A stretch of 64,000 bases of DNA from an uncultured Verrucomicrobiae bacterium (GTDB lineage: Bacteria > Verrucomicrobiota > Verrucomicrobiia > Chthoniobacterales > Chthoniobacteraceae): NCBI GenBank assembly GCA_963828525.1, contig CAWHEP010000010.1, positions 160,001 through 224,000 of the forward strand, given 5' to 3'. The notes beneath the pieces were generated by a model. That model had not been told where the DNA came from. It was given only the letters and a program-made list of their open reading frames with translations, and did no database searches. Positions 51,897 through 63,989 of this stretch are shown here, in pieces; within the stretch, counting starts at the first letter, position 1; each line of letters begins with the position of its first letter. The position numbers were made by a program, and so were the translations under genes.

Positions 51897-53192
51897 CTAG
51901 TTCGCGGGAGCGGTCGCCAGCCCAACGTTCCGGTCACCCGCGCCGTAATACATCATCCACTGTCCTTCGTGCTTGATGATGCAGTTCATCCAAAGACAGT
52001 TGCGGAAGGTGCCACTCTCGTAGGGTTCGCTGGCCTTCATAATACAATCGTCGAGCTGATCGACCTTTTTGGTCAGATTCTTTTTTGAGAACAAGGTTTC
52101 GGAGATCGCGTAGAACCATTTGCCTTTCCCGTTCAGCGTTCCCGCAATGAAAAGCACGACGTCATCGGGATGGGCGGTTGAATAATCCGCAATGGCTATG
52201 CACGGCTCGTACGGCTGCACCCAATTGCGAGGCAGATTCATCTCAACTGGCGTGATTGGACTCCACTTGAGGAGGTCATCCGAGTAGCAGATCTCGACGC
52301 CTTTGTTGCCGCTGACGAACATCGCATATTTGCCGTCGATCTGGACTGGCGCGCCATTGGGATCGCAAACCATCGATCCGTTCTTCACACCATCCACGAC
52401 TGGCCCCAATTTCGTCCAGGTGGTTCCGTCGGGAGATGTTGCCTCGCAGAGCGATATCCCGCCCCTGGTATTATTGCCGGTGTAGAAGGCGTAATAAACG
52501 CCGTCCTTCTTCAAGAAACGGGCGTCCTCACAGCCGTATTTCCTTTCAAACGGTTCGGTGGCATCGATCAGCGGTTCGGGATTTCTAGCAAAGCTCACTC
52601 CATCGACGCTTTCGGCATAGCCCTCGCGTGAGATGTTGTCTGGTTTTACCTGCGCCGTCCGCTTCGATTGACCTTGCGCGCGATACAGCATGCGAAATTT
52701 GCCGTGATCAAAAAGCACGCCGGGATTGTAGGTGTTGACTTGCTCCCAACCGTTGCCCTGCGGCCGGATGATCGGATTTTCGCCATAACGCGCGAACGGG
52801 CCGATTGCCCACGATGGCCAGTCCCCCGAGGATCAATGGTGAACGCAGACGCGCCGGAGGTAAGGGCGACGCCACTGGCGAGAAACTGCCTTTACGTACC
52901 AATGGTGTGGCCCGACGGAAAGGGCTTGAGGCACGCTAAAGTTTACGACCGGGATGGAAGCAGCCGGAACCCCACCCAATTTGGCATCATCGACATAGAC
53001 CTCATAGTTTTGCGCTGCCGGTATCGAGTCCCAGAACAGCAATGGCTTGGTCACCTCAAAATGATCGTTATTTTTTGGCGAGGTTAATTTCAATGTGTTC
53101 GCGTCGCCGGATGCCTGAACGGCGCACGAATAGAAGGTGATTGCGGCGATTACTGGGAGAAGATGGCGAGGGATGGTCAAGGCTTGGGGCAT
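51897..53192 (-). CDS. Secreted GH130-like five-bladed glycosidase with N-terminal beta-rich domain; two frameshifts near 52825-52880
   Basis: Signal peptide; GPFARYGENPII..TYNPGVLFDHGKFRMLYRAQ, GCEDAR, MYYGAGD. Confidence 0.75.
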
Positions 53193-53316
53193 AAGTTCTA
53201 GTTTGCCGGCAGAGAACGCCAGACGGAAGGTTCATTTGACGTTTCGAGGGCTTGCCCGAAGCTAGTGATGAAGCCGCTCCCACTTGCCGACGCGTCCGGT
53301 GTAGGCGGCCGAAAAG

Positions 53317-53422
53317 GCTTCAATGGAGCCTATCCCCGGAGGGATAGGAAACGGGCCACGGAATCTGTCTCGAGCCCACCCATCACGCTTCAATGGAGCC
53401 TATCCCCGGAGGGATAGGAAAC
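53317..53422 (-). CRISPR. Minimal CRISPR array: two identical 36-bp repeats and one 34-bp spacer (type I-G-like repeat)
   Basis: GCTTCAATGGAGCCTATCCCCGGAGGGATAGGAAAC at 53317-53352 and 53387-53422; minus strand ends ATTGAAGC with CCTATCCC/GGGATAGG stem; 232 bp from cas2. Confidence 0.92.
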
Positions 53423-53654
53423 GCCTCTTGTCTAAACCGAACTGCGGCAAGACGCAAATGGGCGGGTTGCGACCGGTGAGTTTTCACCGCTGAATCGACG
53501 GTGAAAACAAGGCGTGTTTTCCCAAGCGATTCGCGGCCACGGTTGATAAATGCAGGCTTGCGAGCGCGAGCCCGATTTGTGGTCATCATGTCACCGCTCG
53601 CATGCCTCGATATGTCAAAGATCGATCCTGGCTTCAACGGCCACAGATTACCGA
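53423..53654 (-). promoter_or_regulatory. Putative CRISPR leader
   Basis: Non-coding stretch between cas2 stop and first repeat. Confidence 0.6.
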
Positions 53655-53945
53655 TCATGCAACGTAACATGCGGAATCCATTTTAACGTAGGGTTTTCCC
53701 AGCGCGCGTATTACCCGGTCACCGCGAGTTTCCGCGGGCCCGACTGAAACAAAAAGCACCTGGTCTTCGCCCGAATGAATGATCTCGTTCAACTCTCTTT
53801 CCAACCGGGTCAGCTCAATCAAGCTGAGATCGCATTCGAACACAGAAAACTGCAAATGATCCCCATAATTCTTGCAGGTCTTAAATACTTGCCGCAGCCG
53901 CTTCGCGTCGGCGATGTCGTAGGCAACAATATATGTCGTTCTCAT
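53655..53945 (-). CDS. cas2: CRISPR-associated endonuclease Cas2
   Basis: YIVAYDIADAKRLRQVFKTCKNYGDHLQFSVFECDL, 96 aa, next to the array. Confidence 0.96.
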   Translation of the reverse strand: MRTTYIVAYDIADAKRLRQVFKTCKNYGDHLQFSVFECDLSLIELTRLERELNEIIHSGEDQVLFVSVGPAETRGDRVIRALGKPYVKMDSACYVA

Positions 53946-53993
53946 GACGTCAGGCTCTTCGTCCGGCGCCGATCATCGCTCTCCACAACATCT

Positions 53994-54380
53994 TCACCGC
54001 GTCACAAAGGGAATATATTCCGGTATCTCCCCTGTCAGCACGCGGGAGAGCAGGCGAAACTGCAATTCGAGCGCTCGCCGGTAGCTCACTTTGTAGTCAA
54101 ATACGGGGTGGGTGATGAGATGGCTCATCCGCTGTTCGTAAACTTCAAAGAATTGACGCCGTCCCGCTGGGCTCAGGTTTACCGCGCGCACCTCCGACAC
54201 AAAGTCCCAGATCGCGGCAAGTTCCCCGGACGAAAGCTCAAACAAACTCACCACGTGCCGCCGTGGAATGACGAGCGTATGCCCCTCCGAAACCGGAAAC
54301 CCATCCAGCATCGCAACCGCAACCTCACACTCAAGAAACGCCTCCGACGCCGTGTTATCGCAGAATGGGCAGTTCTCCAT
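53994..54380 (-). pseudogene. In-frame chimera of HIT-family N-terminus and Cas1 C-terminus
   Basis: CPFC..DGFPVSEGHTLVIPRRHV (HIT) joined near 54186 to AVNLSPAGRRQFFEVYEQRM..THPVFDYKVSYRRALELQFRLL..EYIPFVTR (Cas1 tail). Confidence 0.85.
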
Positions 54381-54544
54381 CGACGCCTCTTATATCCCGT
54401 CTTTACAAATGCGCCAATCTCAACAGGCAATCCAGTGCACTCGTCAGTAGCCCGACGTCCGAGACTCCCTTAAAGCTTGATGGGTTGCTCGCGATGACGT
54501 TACAATATTGGCCCTCAGGAAATCAGAAACAGCATTTCCCCTGC

Positions 54545-56194
54545 ATGCGCAATCATACCAACTTAACTTTTATCGACCTCTTCTGCGGGTGCGGTGGCTT
54601 CAGCTTGGGGATGACCAGAGCAGGACTCCGGTGCCTCGCAGCGATCGATTTCAATCGGGAGGCGATGACAGTTTTTCGTGCGAACTTTCCGCAGGTCCCA
54701 TTAGCACTGGAGAAGGATTTGACGAAGTTCCCACCGACGAAACTTTCCGAAATGCTCGGAGTGGACGAAGTCGATGTGATCGTGGGTGGGCCACCCTGCC
54801 AGGGCTTCAGTACCGCGCGACAGGTAGACGGCTCCAATCACGGAGACCGACTTGTTGCTGATCCGCGCAGACAACTTTTTCGCGAATTTCTACGATACGT
54901 CGAGTTTTTTCGTCCAAAAATCTTCGTGATCGAGAATGTGCTTGGTATCCGCAGCGCTGCTGGAGGAAAATATTTCACCCGCGTGCAATCGGAAGCCCGC
55001 TCGCTCGGATATCGCGTCCATCCCCAAGTGGAGAAAGCTTGGACCTTTGGTGTCCCGCAAAAGCGGTGCCGCCAACTCATCATCGGGGTGCGCACTGACG
55101 TGCCCGGGTTCTTTCCGACGCCGCTAATGCCAGCCAAGCGCGCATGGTGCAACCCCGACGAGCCAGGCGATGTGCCAACTCTGTGGGATGCCATTGGAGA
55201 TCTGCCGGAGCTTGGGGCCGGAGATGGTGCCCAGGAATGTGAATACGATCGCTCGTTGCGAGAGATATTTTTGAAGAGGCGTGGCGAACGTGGTGCACAT
55301 TATCTCAAACAGATCCTCGAAATTGATCGCGCGTCGAGACTTACCGCACATCTCGCGCGTCCACACAACGATCAGGATTTGCGAGACTTTGCCCGGCTCA
55401 AGGAAGGCGAGCACAGCTCCGAAGCCATCGCCCGCGGCGCTGCGATGGAGTTCACTTATAAACGCAGCATTTTCAAGGACCGCTACAAGCGCCAGCACCG
55501 AGAAGAATTGTGCTCCACCGTCGTCGCGCATCTCAGCAAAGACGGGTTGATGTTTATCCATCCCACACAAAACCGTTCGCTTACGCCGCGGGAGGCTGCG
55601 CGCGTCCAAAGCTTCCCGGATTGGTTTCACTTCCCTATTCCGCGCACACACCAGTTCAGAATCATCGGGAATGCCGTGCCGCCGCTCGTAGGCGAAGCGG
55701 TGGGTCGCGCAGTCAGCGATTTCATAACAGTGGCGATGAAAAAACATTCACAACGTCAATTCGACCTCTCTCCGCTTCCGTCCCGGGAAGCTGAAGCCAT
55801 AAGCTGGCTGCTGCCGTTGCTGGACAAAGATAGTCGCATGCTGCGTAAAGTAACCTCCGACGATTTCAAACGTGCCTGGTATTCCATCGGGTTTCTCTAC
55901 ATGGGACTTCACCCTGACGGTGCCTTGGATCATGGCAAAACCATTTCTGCCGAGATCGAGGATTATCCGCTCACCAGTCGAATTGAGCCGCGACTTCTCG
56001 CGCCCTATTACGAACGAAGCGGCTGGCCCGTTGTTCTCGCGCCGATTGCACGCGAAGCGTGGCGACGTTTTGAAGCGGGCGATTTACAAGATGACGAGTT
56101 CTATTGCTCAGAGGCCCAAATGGCGGGGGCGTGTTCCCGCAATCCGTGGATGGCGGAAGAAGTGCGCGAAGCTCGGGCGAAGTTCGCGGCGTGA
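54545..56194 (+). CDS. DNA (cytosine-5)-methyltransferase (DrmMII-like) with ~152-aa C-terminal extension
   Basis: DLFCGCGG (I), GGPPCQGFS (IV), ENV (VI), PQKRCR (VIII), TPREAARVQSFPD (IX), GNAVPP (X). Confidence 0.93.
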   Translation: MRNHTNLTFIDLFCGCGGFSLGMTRAGLRCLAAIDFNREAMTVFRANFPQVPLALEKDLTKFPPTKLSEMLGVDEVDVIVGGPPCQGFSTARQVDGSNHGDRLVADPRRQLFREFLRYVEFFRPKIFVIENVLGIRSAAGGKYFTRVQSEARSLGYRVHPQVEKAWTFGVPQKRCRQLIIGVRTDVPGFFPTPLMPAKRAWCNPDEPGDVPTLWDAIGDLPELGAGDGAQECEYDRSLREIFLKRRGERGAHYLKQILEIDRASRLTAHLARPHNDQDLRDFARLKEGEHSSEAIARGAAMEFTYKRSIFKDRYKRQHREELCSTVVAHLSKDGLMFIHPTQNRSLTPREAARVQSFPDWFHFPIPRTHQFRIIGNAVPPLVGEAVGRAVSDFITVAMKKHSQRQFDLSPLPSREAEAISWLLPLLDKDSRMLRKVTSDDFKRAWYSIGFLYMGLHPDGALDHGKTISAEIEDYPLTSRIEPRLLAPYYERSGWPVVLAPIAREAWRRFEAGDLQDDEFYCSEAQMAGACSRNPWMAEEVREARAKFAA

Positions 56195-56206
56195 GGGGAG
56201 GCGAGA

Positions 56207-58808
56207 ATGGAAAGGATTTTCGAGGAACTCGGAAAGCAATTTCCTCTTCTCATGCGTTTACAACTGCGCAGCGGCGATGCCCAACCCGAAGACATTGCCT
56301 CCTTTTTAGGGATCATCCTCGGGGCGATTGAGCAGGCACGGCATGCTTCCTTCTGCTTCGTCCTTCCGAAAAAAAGTCACATTGCGCCACTGACAGCAGT
56401 GCTCTATTCACTCGGCAAGTTCGCCGTCGAGTTTCCAAAGCTCGCTGAGGATTATGCAAGACGTGAGTTCCATCGAGGTCAGCGCGTAAAAGTGCGACCT
56501 GGTGAAAAGGTTTTCATCTTCGGCGGACTATGGGAAACCGATGCGAGTCAATACCGGATGGAAGTCATTAACCAAGATGGCGCAGCCTTTAGTTGGCCGA
56601 CTTCAGAGATCCTTCGGATCGAGGCGACTCATAATCTGATTCCGCGTGGCAAGCTAACGGATGTAGATCGGTTGCGACGGGAACTCCAGCTTTGCGATCT
56701 TGACCGCTTGATTGGCACCCGCACGTTTGGCAACACATCCTTGTTCGAGAACCAGGTTCTTTATTTAGGTGGTCGGACAGAATTCGACGAGTTCCTTGCG
56801 AACGGTCAGTTTTATAGGGATGGTTTTGAACAGCCCCCATTGCTTGCAGAGCTTGTCTCCACTGGCACTGTGGGGGAGTCTGGAGAGACCGACCACGATG
56901 ATCGTTACAACGTCGCGGGACAGCCATTTGTTGCCATCAACTCGCGCATTGAAAATATCGCCGCTGCGTGCGCACTAGCGAAGCCACATTCCAAAGTCGT
57001 GCTGGTGGATGGTGTGAGTCGCATCACGGACTTGGGCAAATTCGACCGGATCGTAGAAAGGCAGAATATGATCATTTTTGCGGAGAGCGGAGATGATGAG
57101 AAGCTACGACAACTCTATGATCGCGGCTGCAAATTCTGGCGCTTCTCGCTCGCCGATTTCGAATTGGGGCGTCGGCAAAGCAATGGCGAGAAAACGGTTC
57201 GTTTAAGCGGTTTTTTTGGACCGCTGGTCCGCGCAGCGACTAATGAGCTTTCATGCAAGACAGAGCCGATTTCCTGCGCGAATGAACAGTTGGATCGCGC
57301 GAGTGCTTCGCTGGAGGTCTGCGAGCGAGCGCTCGAAGAATCGGAGACCGATGAAACGCGGAGGCTCCTGGGAAAGATTTACAGCGTGCTTATGCGGTGT
57401 GCCGGTTTCGTGCGGCCGCCTTTGGAAGCGGAGCGGGATCAGATTCTCCAATCGATTGATCGTCTTTCGACGGCAGCGATGGAGCGCGCGATGTGGCTCC
57501 CCGAAAAGGCTGCATCAGGTCTGAGAGAAGCGTGCGAGGCCCTCAGGCAGGCGGTCGGAGACACTGCGCTGGGAAACTCGAAAGGCGATGCGCTGGCGGC
57601 TGTAATCGCATCGCTGCGGAAGAGTGGGGTCGCACGGGACCGGAGTCATTGTGCGCAACCTGACACTGCATAATGATCTCGCCGCATGGTGTGCTGCACG
57701 TTCACTGAGCTTCCCTGTGCTGCTGCCTGTCAGTTTGGAAGAGCAAGGGTTTTTCGACGCGCTGATATGTGTCTCTTGGCCCAACGCCGCCACTTTTCAT
57801 CGCGTGCTTGCGTGCCATGCAACACCGACGATCTATCTTGTAGGATACGACTTTGAGCGGCGGTGGCTGGCACAGTTTAGCCGTCGTCGCGCCCAAGCTT
57901 TCCGCGTACCGAGCTTGGGACGCGCTGAAAAGTCGGAGTTAGTTGGTCAGGCGGACGATCCGTCGCTTGTCTGGCCCGAACCGCCCGCGCGAGTCGCTGC
58001 TCCCGTTGAGACTGCTCCAGTGGGTGGCGAGTTCCGCATCTGGAGTTTTGAGGAGAAAATCGCCCGCAAGGGCATTGGCCGTTCTGCGGCCGAAGGCGAA
58101 GACCTTGTCACCGCGACTTACGTCAGCTTCATCGGTGACGCCTACGCATACTTGACCGCCAGCAACAAAGTCCCCGTGATCACCGAGCTTGTTTCCGGGC
58201 GTGTCGATGAGAGCTACGCGATTCCGCGGCGCCGGCTTGAACAGATCAAGCCCGGGGACGTGGTTGTCTTTCGCGAAGGCGGAAAACGCGATGTGATCCA
58301 CGCCCTTGCCGATAAAGCACTCGGCGTTGATGCAGCGGGAATTCGTGAAATGGCTGCCCGGTGGCAATGTTCGTTGCGCGAATCCAAGATGAGCGAGGGC
58401 GCTCTGTTTGAAGCGCTAGTTGCCGTGGGCTGCGCCCGCGGTCGAGCGGCAGTCAGTAATTGGTTGCACGATGATTCGATGATTGGTCCGCAGCTTGAAA
58501 GCGATCTTAGTGCCATTGCACGCGTGATCGGCGATCAGACGTTACTGCGCGATGCAAGCAAGGTCTGGGAGACAATTCGGAGGCTGAAAGGCGTGCATCA
58601 AGCAGCGGGCAAGCGACTCCTGCACGTGCTCTTGCGCGAACTCCCAAAACGTATCGGCGAGCTTCGCGGGGGTCGCACGCGGATTGAAATCGAGAACACC
58701 ATCGGTGCGTGGATTGTCCAGGTTGAGACCATCGCACCGGCTTCTGAGCCGTGTCCGCGCTCGCATGTGAACAGCCTTCTTTGGGATGAAGGAGACGATC
58801 TCGTCTGA
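56207..58808 (+). CDS. drmE: DrmE-like protein (DISARM class II), frameshift near 57630-57650
   Basis: ~865 aa when joined; C-terminal IKPGDVVVFREG..W..L..VSNWLHDDSMIGP..DLSAIA..H.AAG resembles DrmE from recall; context supports it. Confidence 0.7.
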
Positions 58809-58817
58809 CCGACCTTT

Positions 58818-60601
58818 ATGGCAAAGATGATTCCTCCTCATTGCGACGACAAGGCCCCTGGCAGCGAGCGGCGCATTTTTGATTTGCTCAAGAACGATCC
58901 AGCTACCATAGACTGGGTCGTCCTCCATTCACTCAATCTTGCCCGATCTGGCGAGAGACCATACGGCGAGGTCGATTTCGTTGTTCTGGTGCCCAATGGC
59001 GGTGTGTTTTGTATCGAAGTGAAGGGCGGGCGAGTGGCGTGCAAAGACGGTATTTGGACGACCACGAATGCAGCCGGGCGGACGGACGCTTTGAAGCGCA
59101 GTCCGTTCAAGCAAGCGGATGATGCGATGCGAAGTGTGCGTGATGCATTGGAAAAGCGAATCGAGAATGCAGCGGATTTCCGCAAGGTCGCGTTCGGCTG
59201 CGCAGTGATCTTCACCAACGTCGTCACGCCGCCACTCGAACCCGGCGTGGAGCCTTGGGAAGTCATTGATTGCGATGGTTTGGAGACGCCGATTTCCGCG
59301 CATGTGCTGCGCATGGCAAAAAATCAACGCGCGCGCTTTCATCTTCGTTCGTCGCCCGCCGAGCCGCAGCCGGCGCTCCTCAAGCAAATCCGCGAAGCGT
59401 TGCGTCCGGATTTTGAGCGCGTCGTTGCTCGCTCGGCGGAATTGCGGGAATCAGAGCGAAAACTACTGAGCTTGACAGAGGAGCAATATCGCATCCTTGA
59501 TCTCCTTGCGGATAATCCGCGTTGTCTCTTTGAAGGTGCGGCGGGCACGGGCAAGACGTTGCTGGCGTTGGAATATGCACGGCGTTGCGCTGCTGCGGGA
59601 CAGTGTGTGTTGTTGGTTTGTTTCAACAAGCTGCTCGGCGAATGGCTGGCGGCTGAGTTGACTGCATCGGTTTCCAACGGTCGGGCTACGGCGGGTCGCT
59701 TTTACAAGTGTCTGCGGGAAGTAATCGTCGCGTCGCCAGCGTCATCCGAGTTCGCAGAGGCGGAGCAGCGCGCTTCCGGTGCCACACTGTTTGGCGAGGT
59801 ATATCCGTTCTACGGTCAACTCGCGCTCGAAGACGCTGCGGAAAAGTATGATGTCGTCGTGGTGGATGAAGCGCAGGATTTGGTGCGCAAGCCGGTGCTC
59901 GACGTTCTGAATGCCTGGTTGCGCGGCGGGTTGAGCGCCGGACGCTGGGCGTTCTTCGGAGACTTTCATCGGCAGGCGATTTACGGGACGAAGTTCGATG
60001 GCGATCCGCGCGAGATGCTGCGAACGATGTGCCTGTTCGTCGTTCGCGCGAACCTGACGCAGAACTGCCGCAATACACGACGCATTGGCGAGGAGACGGC
60101 ATTGTTGTCGGGCTTTACTGCGCCGCCGTATCGAATGGGACAGATTGAAGGCGTGGCAGTCGATTACATGGAATACGACGACGTGGCTTCACAACGAGCG
60201 GCGCTCACTAAAGTGCTGACGCGACTGGCGACCGAACCGGGAGTCGATGCAGGCGACGTCGTGCTGCTCTCGCGGCATCGGTTCGAGAACTCGACCGCAG
60301 GAACGCTCAATGAAGTCGCGGAGTTTCGTGTTCGTCCGGTTGATCGACCGGCATCGGGGGTAACTCGAGTGCCGGTATTTGTTTTCGCGACGGTGCAGGC
60401 GTTCAAAGGCATGGAGAGCAAGATCGTGGTTTTGTGCGATGTCGATGAGGTCGAGACGGATGAGAGCCGCTCGTTGCTTTACGTCGGGATGTCGCGCGCT
60501 CGCTGTATTCTCGTGGTACTATCCTTCACAAGCGCACGAAGCCTGCGGTCAAGGAGGCTTTCAAAAAGCAAATGACGGAACTTTGGGGAGCGAACGTATG
60601 A
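58818..60601 (+). CDS. NERD nuclease fused to SF1 (UvrD-like) helicase/ATPase; probable frameshift near 60520
   Basis: VLHSL..GEVDFVVL..IEVKGG..PFKQA; GAAGTGKT, VDEAQD, NCRNT, FKGME, YVGMSRAR; corrected frame ends in a TGA overlapping the drmA ATG. Confidence 0.88.
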
Positions 60602-63600
60602 GCGCCGAAGTGCGGAGCGACATCATCGATTTTTTGCGCCGCGAATTGGTCGGAACCGGACCCCGGTTTTCCCGCGCAGCAACTGAATCGCGAGGAAATT
60701 TTGCGTCCGCAAGACCCGCCGCGTTTGCGCTACAGCGCGGGCGTTTTATTTCCGCGCAAAGCGCCCGTGGCACAGGCCGAGAATTCCACGGAAGCAGAGA
60801 GCGAGGCCGCTGCGAGCGATGTCGCGGAAGGCGATGAGCCGGAGAATGACGACAGTGGCCTCGGGGATGCGCGGGCTGACGCCCGCGGCGAAGGCGAAGT
60901 GCCGACGGAGCAGGAAGTCAATCGCGCGAACGAATTCCTGCCAAGCGCGATGGGTATCTCGGCGCTGGTGCGTCTGCCCCGGCGTTTGAAAATTCATGTG
61001 AGCGCGGGCCGCTACGAGCCCCTGGCGGTTGCGGGACTTGGGCGGCAGAACAAGGAGAGTAAATGGGTTGCGCACTGGTGGCGCAAGCCAGTCGAGGTCA
61101 CATTGGAGATCGATTGCGCTGAGTTTTTCTCGGCTGAACCGAAGGTTCGCATCGCAGTCGTTGAGGTCGATGGAAGCGCGACGGGGCTTGTGATGCATAT
61201 TTTCAGCCGACCGTTCGTCCATGCGAAAGAACCCGACCGAGAGCGGATCATCACGTTCACTTTGCTAAACCAGAAGCAGGCGAAATCCACCCGGCCTGGC
61301 GACGAAGAGTGCTTTTTTCAGTGTCACTTCGGAGTCATGGATGCCGAAGGTGGCGACTGCTTTCTTGAATATCCGGAGCGCATCGGTCTCGCTGTGGATG
61401 AAGAAGAAGAATCGCTGCGGCTTCTTTTCGATCATCGCAAGACTTTCGCCGTAGGGCACGGCTGCGCTGCCAACTGGCCGGACGATGAAGCCGGGGTGAT
61501 GCCGCGCGTCTGGACCGAGTCGCTGCCGTGCCATGAAATCAAGCCGATCGCGCCAACGCGCATCGAAGGTCTCGATCTCTCAATGGCTGCGCTCGGCGCG
61601 AAAAGTGATACTGCCGTGCAATTGTGCCGGCAGCTTGCAAACGCTTATGAGCAGTGGATTGACGAGCAGGCGGAAAGAGCAGCGGCGCTCGCAGAGGATA
61701 TCGACCGGCTGCGCAGCGACATTTGGAGGAGTGTCGGCGTGGCCATGTGCGGATGCTTGCCGGAATCGAGTTGCTAACCAGCGATGCGGATACACAGCGC
61801 GCGTTTGCCTTGATGAACCAGGCGATGCTGCAACAGCAGTTTCATTACGAACTCGCTTCCTCTCCGGGCTTGCAGCGCAATTGGGTGAAGAGCGGCCAAA
61901 CGCTCGTGCTGGAACGTCCTTATCAAGCGCCCAACATCGGCGGAGCGCCGCCCGAGAAGGGGCGCTGGCGGCCTTTCCAATTGGCTTTCATTCTTATGAA
62001 TTTGCGCTCGATGACGCAGCGCGATTCCGATGAACGGAAGATCGTCGATCTAATCTGGTTCCCGACGGGCGGCGGCAAAACGGAAGCTTATTTAGGTCTT
62101 ACCGCATTTACGATTTTTTGGCGTCGGCTGGAAAATACTGAGAACAGCGGCACGACCGCGTTGATGCGTTACACATTGCGGCTTCTCACGACTCAGCAAT
62201 ATCAGCGCGCCGCGTCGCTTATCTGTGCGTGCGAGATCCTGCGGCGCTCCAACCCGGCAGAACTTGGTGACGTGCCGATTTCCATTGGCCTCTGGGTCGG
62301 CGGTGATGTGACCCCTATCAGACACGCCGACGCGGTGAAGCGGCTGCAGGAGTTGCTCGATGGCGGATGGAGAATCCGTTCATCATGCTGAATTGTCCTT
62401 GGTGCGGTGCCCAAATGGGACCGGTCGAATTTGGCAGAGCCAATCGGGTGAAAGGCTACGTCCAACGTGCCGCTCCACAGCGCGTCGAGTTTTGCTGTGA
62501 AGACCCCGGCTGCGATTTCGGCGAGGGCCTCCCACTGTATGTCGTCGATGAGGCCATTTACGCCGAGCGACCGACGCTGCTCATCGGCACGGTCGATAAG
62601 TTCGCGCTCCTGCCCTGGTATCCCCAAGCGCGCCAGCTTTTCGGCCTCGACACTGGCGGCGCAATTTCGCCTCCCGACCTCGTGATTCAGGATGAGTTGC
62701 ACCTCATCTCCGGCCCGTTGGGGTCGATGGTGGGGCATTACGAAACCGTGCTCGACGCCCTCTGCACGGTTGAGGAAAAAGGGAAACGGTTGCCTGCGAA
62801 AATCGTCGCTTCCACGGCCACAATCTGCCGCGCTGCCGAACAGGTGCGCAATCTCTATGCGCGAGGGGTGTTCCTTTTCCCGCCGCAAGGTTTGCGCGCT
62901 GGCGACTCTTTTTTTGCCAAAGAGGAGCGGGAGAAAACCGGGCGAATGTATGTCGGTATTTTTGCGACCGCGCTTTCGTCACATGTCACCGCGCAGATTC
63001 GGGTGATCTCCGCGCTGTTGCAGGCGGTTAAAAGCATTCCAGAAAAAAGCCCGGCGCGACTCGACGCCTACTGGACGGTAATGGCTTATTTCAACAGCCT
63101 GCGCGAGCTCGGACACGCGGCGACGCTGATTCGCGCAGACATCACAGATTACCTCAATGCGATGTGGGATCGGCTCCAAATCCGCCCGGACGACACAGGC
63201 GATCCCCGCCGTTTCATCAACGCAGACCGCGAGCTGACGAGCCGCGTCCAGAGCAGCGAGATTCCAGAGATTCTCCAGCAACTTTTCGTGCAATGGGACG
63301 GCACCAAGGACTCGCATCCCATAGATGTCTGCCTTGCTACAAACATGATTCAAGTCGGGCTGGACGTGTCTCGATTGGGACTGATGACTGTCGTCGGCCA
63401 GCCAAAGACGACCTCCGAATACATACAAGCCACGAGCCGTGTAGGCCGCGCCACTCCGGGACTCGTGGTCACCGTTTACAATCCGGCGAAGCCGCGCGAC
63501 CGCTCGCATTTCGAGCACTTCCGCGCATATCACCAGAGCATCTATCGCTGGGTGGAGCCGACGAGTGTCACGCCGTTCGCGGTGCCGGTCCGGGATCGTG

Positions 63601-63986
63601 CGCTGCACGCGCTCGCAATCACGCTGGTTCGCTATCTTGGCGGCGATGGGTCGCGGACGAATCCGCAACCGCCTCCCGACTCCGCCCTTGTCAGGCGTGT
63701 GCGCGACGTGTTGCTCGCACGTGTTCAGGATGTGGACGAGAACGAAGTGGTCGAAACGCGACGTCAACTCGAAGAATTGTTTGAAGACTGGCGGCGCAAC
63801 CCACCGCCACGGTACGGTGACTTTCGTCCGCCTGCGGGAGAGACACCGCTTATGTTCCCAAGCGGCACGCAGAAGCTCGTGGAATGGGGAGAGCCGTGTT
63901 TGGCCACACCCAGTTCGATGCGAAATGTGGACTCAACATGCGATGCGGCTGTAATCCCGCGATTCCCTGAACCCGAAGAAACCTGA
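60598..63986 (+). CDS. drmA: DrmA-like SF2 helicase; frameshifts near 60654, 61700 and 62367
   Basis: RRELVGP, WRPFQLAF, FPTGGGKTEAY, MRYTLRLLTTQQ, IQDELHLISGPLG, YFNSLREL, ELTSR, LATNMIQVGLD, YIQATSRVGR, RDRSHFE, VEPTSVTPF. Confidence 0.9.
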
Positions 63987-63989
63987 ACC

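Noticed and set aside
53261..53281. Possible degenerate third CRISPR repeat (GCTAGTGATGAAGCCGCTCCC)
   Set aside because: Only partial similarity, lacks the 3' half, and sits 56 bp rather than ~70 bp from the next repeat
53631..53646. GCTTCAACGGCCACAG resembling a repeat end in the leader
   Set aside because: Match is only about 9 of 10 nt with no stem
53655..54380. Complete functional CRISPR-Cas system
   Set aside because: No cas3, cas6, Cascade or intact cas1 in the window; DrmA has no HD domain and is not Cas3
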